Assembly (NCBI RefSeq): GCF_006345805.1
Contig: NW_021825145.1
Location: forward strand, 1 to 16,453
Source: Octopus sinensis
Lineage: Eukaryota
Direction: 5' to 3'
Length of the DNA stretch: 16,453 bases
Numbering within the stretch: the stretch's first letter is position 1; every line of letters begins with the position of its first letter. The notes beneath the pieces were generated by a model that saw only the letters and a list, made by a program, of their open reading frames with translations, searched no databases and was not told the DNA's origin. The translations under genes were made by a program, and so were the position numbers. Below, piece by piece: positions 8,367 to 16,453 of the stretch.

Positions 8367-8510
8367 TAGCTGGACCAGTTCTGAGTTCAAATTCTGCCGA
8401 GATTGACTTTTGCCTTTCGTCCTCGATAAATTAAGTACCAGTTGTGTACTGCGGTCGATCTAATCAATTGGCCCCCTCCCCACAAAAAATTCAGGCCTAG
8501 AAAAGTATAT
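8367..8510 (+). mobile_element. Degenerate SINE family A1
   Basis: TTCTGAGTTCAAATTCTGCCGAG...GATAAATTAAGTACCAGTT...AAATTCAGGCCTAGAAAAG, with deletions. Confidence 0.75.
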
Positions 8511-8737
8511 TGTGACAGTTACAGAATATAGAAAGTAATGTAACACCAATGACTATATAATCCAACCAAAATATCTCAGTTAAGCTGAATTACTATTTAA
8601 CCTTAAAATACATCGTACATATTCAAAGAACGAAATAATAAATGGATTTATGAATGAAGTTTGGTAATTGCGTTTAACATCCACCACGTTGCAAACATGT
8701 TTTAGCTAATCTAAAACTATACACAACACAAATACAT

Positions 8738-8747
8738 TCATATATAT

Positions 8748-8779
<32 letters not shown>

Positions 8780-8796
8780 ATATATATATAATATAT

Positions 8797-8837
<41 letters not shown>
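8738..8837. repeat. Degenerate (TA)n array
   Basis: Directly visible. Confidence 0.95.
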
Positions 8838-8840
<3 letters not shown>

Positions 8841-8844
8841 CTCG

Positions 8845-8975
8845 AGTTGTAGCTGTAATTTAAAGAGGCAAGCCTTGTCATATTCTGTGTGAGGCTGAAT
8901 CTCCCTGAGAACTACGTTAATGTTATGCATGTCTGTGGAGTACTCAGCCACTTGCGAGGTAATTTTATCCTCGTG
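8845..8975 (-). mobile_element. Probable interspersed repeat fragment
   Basis: Recognised from recall only (GCAAGTGGCTGAGTACTCCACAGAC...TAACGTAGTTCTC). There is no second copy in the window. Confidence 0.35.
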
Positions 8976-9227
8976 TGGTAATGAAAAGTGAAATTGACAT
9001 TCAATATTTGCTGTGTCTAAGTATCTGCGTATCAACTTTCTGTGGATTTACATATCTACTGTCTCTCTCACTTTCTCTCTTTCTCTTTCACTTCGTTTGT
9101 GTCCCTCTTCTCTCCCGCTTTTGATTTAACAATGTTTATATGTATCTATGTATCTACTTCTCTTGCGATGTGATAAACATTTAAAAACACACGACGAACG
9201 ACGTCACCACTCACTATCTCTTTCACT

Positions 9228-9232
9228 CTTTT

Positions 9233-9287
<55 letters not shown>

Positions 9288-9310
9288 CCTCTCTGTCCTT
9301 CTCTCTCTCG
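9228..9310. repeat. (CT)n microsatellite
   Basis: Directly visible. Confidence 0.95.
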
Positions 9311-9664
9311 CTTTACCACTTCTTAGAAGTAAGTGTGACGCACCCAACAGGTACGTACAAAAACAAAAAAATTAGCGTATCAATATCACTGATAATAACA
9401 ACAGCAACAACAACAACAATAATAATAACAATAATAATGCTTTCTTTATTAACTACAAGGATTTACATTAAGAAAAACATTATGGAGAATACAGGTCAAA
9501 ATAAGGAACGTTTTTTGTATGTGTGTGAGTGTGTTGTGGGTTTTTTGCGTAAAAAACAAGACTGACAAAATGTAAAAAAAGCAATCAACAATGTGTAATC
9601 GTCCCTTAATAGGGAGGAGACCTTCGGGAGATGTTCACGGAAAAACCCAATGAAAGATGACCAG

Positions 9665-9742
9665 ATGGGATGATCACGGCTTTTATGCTTTTGGTCATAG
9701 GCCTTCTCCACCAGAACTGATCAAGAGCTAAGGATCAGCAAC
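9665..9742 (+). mobile_element. Repeat family E tail fragment
   Basis: GGGATGATCACGGC..GGTCATAGGCCTTCTCCACCAG..GCTAAG..CAGCAACAA aligns by eye with 10745-10830. Confidence 0.6.
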
Positions 9743-9789
9743 AAAAGCACGCTGAACCATGTAGTCTTAGATACAGTACAGTTGGAATA

Positions 9790-10330
9790 CCACCAATACC
9801 ACCACCACAACCTACCACCACTACCACCACCACCACCCCCACTACAACCACCACTACCACCACCACCACCACCATCACCACTACTACCAATACCACCACT
9901 ACCACAACCACCAATACCACCACTACCACCAATACCACCTACCACCACCACCACCTACCACCACCACCACCACCTACCACCACCACCACCACCTACCACC
10001 ACCACCACCACCACTACTACCACCACCACCAACAAATAACGTCAACACAACTACTATCATCACAACCACCGCCACCACTACGAACCACCACCACCACCAT
10101 CACCACTACTACCAATACCACCACCACCACAACCACCACCACCACCACCACCACCACCAATACCACCAATACTACCACTACCACCACCACCACCACTACC
10201 ACCACCACCACTACCACCACCACCACTACCACCACCACCACCACCAATACCACCAATACCACCACCACCACCTACCACCAATACCACCAATACCACCACT
10301 ACCTCCACCACCACCACCACCACCAATACC
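9790..10330. repeat. Degenerate (CCA)n array
   Basis: Directly visible. It contains AACAAATAACGTCAACACAA at 10031-10050. Confidence 0.97.
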
Positions 10331-10336
10331 ATGGGA

Positions 10337-10743
10337 TACTCTTTTACTCTTTTACCTGTTTCAGTCATTTGACTGTGGCCATGCTGGAGCACCGCTTTTA
10401 GTCGAGCAAATCGACCCCAGGACTTATTCTTTGTAAGCCTAGTACTTATTCTATCGGTCTCTTTTGCCGAACAGCTAGGTTACGGGGACGTAGACACACC
10501 GGCATCGGTTGTCAAGCGATGTTGTGGTGGGGGGGGACAAACACAACACACAAACATACACACATATATATACATATTACGATGGGCTTCTTTCAGTTTC
10601 CGTCTACCAAATCCACTCACAAGGCTTTGGTCGGACCGAGGCTATAGTAGAAGACACTTGCCCAAGGTGCTACACAGTGGGAATTAACCCGGAACCATGT
10701 GGTTCGTAAGCAAGCTACTTACAACACAGCCACTCCTACGCCT
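10337..10743 (-). mobile_element. Full-length SINE family B (tRNA head, CORE-like domain, internal microsatellite)
   Basis: The reverse complement aligns end to end with 14183-14589. Confidence 0.9.
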
Positions 10744-10744
10744 A

Positions 10745-11075
10745 GGGATGGTCACAGTTGGTATGTTTTTGATCATAGGTTTTTCTCCACCAGGTCTAAC
10801 TACGAACCTAGGGCTAAGCAGCAACAACGAAGACAAAATCCGATGAGATCATGATCATTAGCTAAATTGGTCTTGACCTGGGGCTAAATACTAAAAGGGG
10901 AGTTTGTATGAAGTCGCATGGTTTGCCAGAAATAGCAGCCAAATATCCCTTTAATTACAACACCTCGTTATCTTGGTAAATAAACAATATATAAGCCGAG
11001 AAAAAAACAGTCGGTATGGTTTACATGTGGAGGGTCTTCGACCGCGAGGCTTTTGGATCGGGGTCGGCCTAGGGT
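10745..11075 (+). mobile_element. Cluster of repeat family E fragments
   Basis: Related tails at 10745-10830, about 10870-10890 (TGACCTGGGGCTAAA) and 11010-11075. Confidence 0.5.
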
Positions 11076-11159
11076 TATAAAACAATGACGTCAGCAACAA
11101 TTATAACAACAACACCTACAAGAATAATAATAACGAAAACAACTTCCACAGAAACAAGG

Positions 11160-11730
11160 ACACCACCACCACTGCTACTACCACCGCCAGTACTAACAAC
11201 AACAACACCAATGATAACAACACCATGACCACCACCAACAAATAACGTCATCACCACCACCACCACCACCACTACCACCACTACCACTACCACTACCATC
11301 ACCACAACCACTACAACCACCACCACCACCACCACTACCACCACCACCACCTCCACCACTACCACCACCACCTCCACCACTACCACCACCACCACCACAA
11401 CCACCACCACCACCACCACTACCACCACCACTACCACCACCACCTCCACCACTACCACCACCACCTCCACCACTACCACCACCACCACTACCACCACTAC
11501 CACCACCACTGTCACCGCCACCACCACAACAACTACTACCACCACAACCATCACAACCACCACCACCAACACCAACACCACCACCACCATCACTACCACC
11601 ACCATCACTACCACCACCACTACCACCACCACCACTACCTCACTACCACCACCACCTACCACCACCACTACCACCACCACCACTACCTCACTACCACCAC
11701 CACCACCACCACTACCAAAACAACAACAAC
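11160..11730. repeat. Degenerate (CCA)n array
   Basis: Directly visible. It is the counterpart of 6247-7197. Confidence 0.97.
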
Positions 11731-12072
11731 AAATAACAAGTCCGATCAGTCAACACAATCAGGAAGAATAAATTTCTTTGTTTACATTAATCTAAAATTA
11801 CTCTTCCCGCTACATTTTACACTCTCCTCCTCCTCCTCCTCCTTCGCTTTTTACGCTTCATTTACTCCTCCTCCCCCCTCCCTCCCCCTCCTCCCCCTCC
11901 CCCTCTCTCCCCTCCCCTATCTCCCCCCCATCTCCCCACCGCTATATTCTTACCTCTTCGCTTTCCTCCCCCTCCCCCACTCCTGCTCCTCTTCTAACTC
12001 CTACCTCCGTTCTATCTCTTTGTTTTTTTAAGACCGCCATCATCGACCTCTCCACACTTCCTCATTATAAAT

Positions 12073-12144
12073 CTTTGTAAGACTAGTACTTATTCTATCG
12101 GTCTGTTTTACCGAACCGCTAAGTTACGGGGGACGTAAACACAC
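12073..12144 (-). mobile_element. SINE family B tail fragment
   Basis: CTTTGTAAGACTAGTACTTATTCTATCGGTC...GGACGTAAACACAC matches 10429-10499. Confidence 0.8.
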
Positions 12145-12371
12145 GAACTGGCAGAATCGTTAGCACGCCGGGCGAAATGCGTAGCAGTATTTCGTCTGCC
12201 GTTACGTTCTGAGTTCAAATCCCACCGAGGTCGGCTTTGCCTTTCATCCTTTCGGGGTCGATAAATTAAGTACCAGTTACGCACTGGGGTCCGATGTAAC
12301 CGACTTAACCCTTTTGTCTGTCCTTGTTTGTCCCCCTCTGTGTTTAGCCCCTTGTGGGTAGTAAAGAAATA
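12145..12371 (+). mobile_element. SINE family A2
   Basis: Near-complete head, B-box, core and A2 tail. Confidence 0.88.
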
Positions 12372-12378
12372 TATGTAC

Positions 12379-12573
12379 AGGCGACGAGCCGTATTTCGTC
12401 TGTCTTTACGTTCTGAGTTCAAATCCCGCCGAGGTCGGCTTTGCCTTTCATCCTTTCGGGGTCGATAAATTAAGTACCAGTTACGCACAGGGGTCGATTC
12501 AATCGACTTAATCCGTTTGTTTGTCCTTGTTTGTCCCCTCTGTGTTTAGCCCCTTGTGGGTAGTAAAGAAATA
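12379..12573 (+). mobile_element. SINE family A2 with A-box deletion and inferred 18-bp target-site duplication (TSD)
   Basis: Followed by TATAAATCATGTATGTAC (12574-12591). The same 18-mer precedes the paralogous SINE in the left arm (5957-5974, minus). Confidence 0.85.
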
Positions 12574-12834
12574 TATAAATCATGTATGTACGTGCGTGTG
12601 TCAGTGTGCATATGTGTTAACGTGTGTATGTGTGTGTGTTTGTGTCTGAGCGTTTATGCAGGTATGTATGTATATGTATGTAGTGCATACTGTGAGTAGA
12701 CACGCACGTGTTTGTGTGCGTGTGTGTGCTCTCATTTGAGCCAGATGAGTCACCTGTACGACTAAGCGCTTTACAGGTGCGAGACCAGTGGTCAATGTAC
12801 GACCGGACACAACAATGAACTTCATAAAGAAATA

Positions 12835-13046
12835 TACTCATTTACTCTTTTACTTGTTTCAGTCATTCGACTGCGGCCATGCTGGGGCATTGCCTTTTAG
12901 TCGAGCAAATCGACCCCGGGACTTATTCTTTGTAAGCCCAGTACTTATTCTATCGGTCTCTTTTGCCGAACTGCTAAGTGACGGGGACGTAAACACACCA
13001 GCATCGGTTGTCAAGCAATGCTAGGGGGACAAACACAGACACACAA

Positions 13047-13081
<35 letters not shown>

Positions 13082-13188
13082 CATATATACGACAGGCTTC
13101 TTTCAGTTTCCATCTACCAAATCCACTCACAAGGCATTGGTCGGCCCGGGGCTATAGCAGAAGACACTCGCCCAAGGTGCCACGCAGT
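12835..13188 (-). mobile_element. SINE family B lacking most of the tRNA head
   Basis: Aligns with 10337-10690. Confidence 0.88.
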
Positions 13189-13218
13189 ACTTCTTTTTCG
13201 TGCATATGACCTACTAAC

Positions 13219-13747
13219 GTGGCTGTGTAGTAAGAAGCCTGCTTCCCAACCACATGGTTACGGGTTCAGTCCCACTTACTGGACACCTTGGCCAGGTGTT
13301 CTCTACTATAGCCTCCGGCTGAGTGGAAACTGATAGGCGGAAACTGAAAGCAGTCTGCCGTATGTATATATTAAGTCGATTACATCGACCCCAGTGCGTA
13401 ACTGGTACTTAATTTATCGACCCCGAAAGGATGAAAGGCGGAATTTGAACTCGGAACGTCACGACAGACGAAATACGGCTACGAATTTCGCCCGGCGTAC
13501 TAACGTTTCTGCCAGCTCGTGTGTGTGTGTGTGTGTGTGTTTGTCCCACTCCTACATCACCACTTGACAACTGGTGTTGGTGTGTTTACGTTCTCGTATC
13601 TTAGCGGTTCGGCAAAATACGCCAATAGAATAAGTATTGGGCTTAAAGAAATAAGTCCTGGGAAGTCCTGGGGTCGAGTTGTTCGACTAAAATCCTTCAA
13701 GGCGGTGCCCCAGCAGTCAAATGACTGAAACAAATAAAAGATTAAAG
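13219..13747 (+). mobile_element. Older SINE family B copy split by a SINE A insertion
   Basis: Head 13219-13370 and tail 13520-13747; more diverged than the other B copies. Confidence 0.8.
13371..13519 (-). mobile_element. SINE family A nested in SINE B
   Basis: CGAGCTGGCAGAAACGTTAG head on the minus strand, a ~15-nt internal deletion at a GGC microhomology, and no tail. Confidence 0.82.
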
Positions 13748-13787
13748 GCCATGCTGGACCACCGCTTTCTAGAATTTTAGTCGGACG

Positions 13788-13893
13788 ATTTAAGAGTACC
13801 CTTCGATCATTTAAGAGTACCCTTCAATCAATTTAAGAGTACCCTTCGATCATTTAAGAGCACCTTTCAATCATTTAAGAGTACCCTTCAATC
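13788..13893. repeat. 21-bp minisatellite x5
   Basis: ATTTAAGAGTACCCTTC(G/A)ATC at 13788, 13809, 13831, 13852 and 13873. Confidence 0.95.
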
Positions 13894-14058
13894 ATTCCAG
13901 CGTGATCGTTGTCAGTACCGTATGACAAGCCCTTGTACCGGTGGTACGTAAAACGTACCCACTACACTCTTGGGGTAGTTGGTGTTAGGAAGGGCATCCA
14001 GCTGTTGAAACTTTGCCAGATCGGATTGGAGCCTGGTACAGCCTTCTAGGTTGACTGA
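13894..14058 (+). mobile_element. Repeat family D (SINE-like central/3' part)
   Basis: GTTGGTGTTAGGAAGGGCATCCAGCTGT motif, reminiscent of V-domain SINEs (recall). Related to 5746-5855. Confidence 0.6.
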
Positions 14059-14059
14059 G

Positions 14060-14107
14060 ACTATATATATTGATTGAGACTGAGATTAGGTTGACTTATA
14101 ATATATA

Positions 14108-14160
<53 letters not shown>

Positions 14161-14182
14161 AATATATATATATATATTATAT
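14060..14182. repeat. Degenerate (TA)n array
   Basis: Directly visible. Confidence 0.9.
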
Positions 14183-14589
14183 AGGCGTAGGAGTGGGCTG
14201 TAGTGGTAAGTAACTTGGTTACCAACCACATGGTTCCGGGTTCAGTCTCACTGCGTTGCACCTAGGGCAAGTGTCTTCTGCTATAGCCTCGGGCTGACCA
14301 AAGCCTTGTGAGTGGATTTGGTAGACGGAAACTGAAAGAAGCCCGTCGAATATATGTATATATATTTATGGATGTGTTTGTGTGTCTGTGTTTGTCCCCC
14401 CCCCAACATCGCTTAACAACCGATGCTGGTGTGTTTACGTCCCCGTAACTTAGCGGTTCGGTAAAAGAGACCGATAGAATAAGTACTAGGCTTACAAAGA
14501 ATAAGTCCTGGGGTCGATTTGCTCGACTAAGGGCGGTGCTCCAGCATGTCCACAGTCAAATGACTGAAACAAGTAAAAGAGTAAAAGAG
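14183..14589 (+). mobile_element. Full-length SINE family B
   Basis: A-box TAGTGGTAAG, B-box GGGTTCAGTCTC, CORE-like CACCTAGGGCAAGTGTCTT, tail (GTAAAAGA)2, set between (TA)n tracts. Confidence 0.9.
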
Positions 14590-14609
14590 TATATATATAT
14601 ATATATATA

Positions 14610-14797
14610 TATTTCTTCACTCGTTTATTATTATTACTTATGTCCATTGTCCAGAAATTTTTCGTCACACAGAATGGAGCAAGTGGGGCAAGACCACAGA
14701 TGGAAACGTAAAGTGTCGCTGAAAAGGTCACAGAAGTGTGACAAAAGATTTCCGGACAATGGACATGACTTAAAATAATAAAACGAGTAAAGAAATA
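14610..14797. mobile_element. MITE-like fold-back element 2 (~61-bp imperfect TIRs)
   Basis: 14610-14670 pairs with 14736-14797 (for example ATGTCCATTGTCCAGAAAT / ATTTCCGGACAATGGACAT) around a 65-nt spacer. Both ends are TA. Confidence 0.85.
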
Positions 14798-14870
14798 CAT
14801 ACATTAAGTAATACTTACAGCATGTTTAGTATATTAATATTATTATTATATTTTTAAAGTTAATTATAAA

Positions 14871-15003
14871 CTCTGACGAGGCCTATGGTTCTTTTAACAT
14901 ATAAGTATTAAATTTTTTTAAATGCCTACAACCCTAGTATGTTGACATCTATAGGCAATGAAAATTAGATACTTTTGACCATAGGCTGAAACAGCTGTAG
15001 GAA
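14871..15003 (+). ncRNA. Type I minimal hammerhead ribozyme-like motif (probably degenerate)
   Basis: CTGACGA (14873-14879); 11-bp stem II (14880-14890 with 14977-14987); GAAA (14988-14991); C-AGCT-G short stem III; GTA cleavage triplet (14997-14999). Stem I is only about 2 bp. Confidence 0.65.
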
Positions 15004-15379
15004 GTAAGTTCTGGATTTCAATAATTTATACTATGACTTTTAAAATCTGTATTTGTATTATTATATTATCTATTGATTTATATAATATTTTGTATGCTTT
15101 TGATGTTCTCATTTTGTTAAATGAATAAATAATCTAACATTATATTATCCGTAGGTTGATGAACAAAAAAAATTTGTTTCTCCAATTTCTTATTTGTATT
15201 ATAAATTTACGGTAAAAATATTTCTTCACCTTCACCCGTTTAATACAATAAATGAATTAATTGCATTGCAATTAAAAACATTTGTGTATTAAGAATTTGG
15301 GTACTTTACCAACAGTATATTGGATAAATACTATCCCTAAGTGGGTTACACCTATAACCCCTATCTTACTTTGTACTAA

Positions 15380-15382
15380 TAA

Positions 15383-15466
<84 letters not shown>

Positions 15467-15680
15467 TATATATTATATATATATATAATAATATAATAAT
15501 AATAATATAATAATAATAATAATAATAATAATATAATATTTAATATATGTATATATACATATATATACATATATGTATGTATACATGCATATATTTTATT
15601 ATATATTTCTATTATTATATGATCGAACGCCACGCATCCTTTTTCAAGTGTTTGTATATATATATATATATATATATATA
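15380..15680. repeat. (TA)n/(TAA)n low-complexity region
   Basis: Directly visible. Confidence 0.9.
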
Positions 15681-15800
15681 CTAGCAGTATAACCCGGCCT
15701 TGCCCGGGATTAAGATACGATTATTAAGCTAATCAAGTTCTTTATTTCAAAATGAAGTAATATCGACGTCAAATTTGGGCGAAATCTGTTGAAATTGGTT
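15681..15800 (-). mobile_element. Non-autonomous Helitron-like element, 3' end
   Basis: The minus strand ends CCCGG-GCAAGG-CCGGG (hairpin 15693-15708), 8 nt, CTAG|T. The 5' end is lost in an AT array. Confidence 0.65.
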
Positions 15801-15876
15801 ATTTATATATATATATATAATATAATATAATATAAATTATAATATAATATAATATAATATAATATAATATATATAT
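15795..15876. repeat. (TA)n/(ATATA)n array
   Basis: Directly visible. Confidence 0.9.
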
Positions 15877-16320
15877 GGGCAACACACATACACACATGTA
15901 CGTACGTACACCTATTGCATGTTTTGTGCACGCATACATGTTCATAAACAGAAATGAATGGAAAAAATGTTGTTAAATTTGTAGATTAACACGATTTTCA
16001 CTTTTTTTTTTTTGCATGGAATCAGCGACTCTGGCCTCCTAATATGCTACAAAACCCTTTTTGTAGTCCGTGAAACGGAGTGGGGTGATGTGGAAGCCTC
16101 GCAAATTGTACCCATTTATCTTGTGTAATTCACTGACAAATTGTTACCTACCTCTTTGTTTCTTTGTTGTTAAATAAATGGATTGTCAACAAAACACTTT
16201 TTTACTCGGCGTAAAATAAAACAAAACTCTTTCGCACCCAAAGTAATGTGTGAGAGAGAGAGACATGTGCATTTCCTGAAAAGGTGGTCTGTCCCTCAGA
16301 CCTGACACAGGGCAAAACAC

Positions 16321-16322
16321 CT

Positions 16323-16353
<31 letters not shown>

Positions 16354-16380
16354 CAATGACAGCAGCAGCAACAGCAGCAG
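16321..16380. repeat. Compound (CCA)(CAA)(CAG) trinucleotide repeat
   Basis: Directly visible. Confidence 0.9.
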
Positions 16381-16398
16381 CCATATGGTACAAATGAG

Positions 16399-16453
16399 CA
16401 GTGCTCCGCAACCTTTGTTCACTTGCGGTACACTTGTATTCTTTTCAAATTCG
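16399..16453 (+). mobile_element. Possible left end of a hAT-like DNA transposon (runs off the window)
   Basis: CAGTGCTCCGCAACCTTT...GCGGTACACTT resembles the CAGTGnTnCnCAACCT termini of hAT elements. The other end is not visible. Confidence 0.4.

Larger units (their letters stand above)
11200..12480 (+). repeat. Right arm of inverted duplication
   Basis: Shares the linker (11728-12073) and the diagnostic TGTACAGGCGACGAGCCGTATTTCG junction with the left arm. It carries an extra ~300 bp (12073-12371). Confidence 0.8.

Noticed and set aside
9721-11683. Mucin-, extensin- or glycine-rich-like ORFs over the (CCA)n arrays
   Set aside because: Trinucleotide-repeat artefacts; the frame is not maintained between arrays.
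3805-12488. Recurrent short ORFs with the peptide RNWYLIYRPRKDER
   Set aside because: These are antisense translations of SINE family A, not a gene family.
14700-14730. GAAAC...CTGAAAAG hammerhead-like words in the fold-back 2 spacer
   Set aside because: The core is non-canonical and the required stems do not form adjacent to it.
15046-15380. Host exon or promoter in the AT-rich unique stretch
   Set aside because: No convincing ORF, splice pattern or motif could be supported by eye.

Overview
Eukaryotic, AT-rich, almost entirely repetitive DNA (intergenic or deep intronic) with no host protein-coding gene, intact RNA gene or CRISPR array. The SINE families and very dense micro/minisatellites look like coleoid cephalopod (Octopus-like) DNA. 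That assignment is from recall, not from a search. Contents: (1) a dead RTE-clade LINE fragment (1-320, minus); (2) R4/Dong-type restriction-like-endonuclease (RLE) retrotransposon pieces: a decayed copy split by a SINE dimer (4311-5562), a 5'-truncated copy with an open C-terminal frame (7198-8194), and a short 3' tail of the latter sitting in (TAA)n (3053-3266); (3) about 20 tRNA-derived SINE copies or fragments from several families; (4) two ~180-bp fold-back elements; (5) two Helitron-like non-autonomous elements; (6) a ~1.3-kb inverted duplication built around (GGT)n/(CCA)n arrays. The most notable unexplained structure is a type I minimal hammerhead-ribozyme core with an unusually long stem-II loop (14873-15000). 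Nearly all ORFs in the supplied track are microsatellite artefacts.
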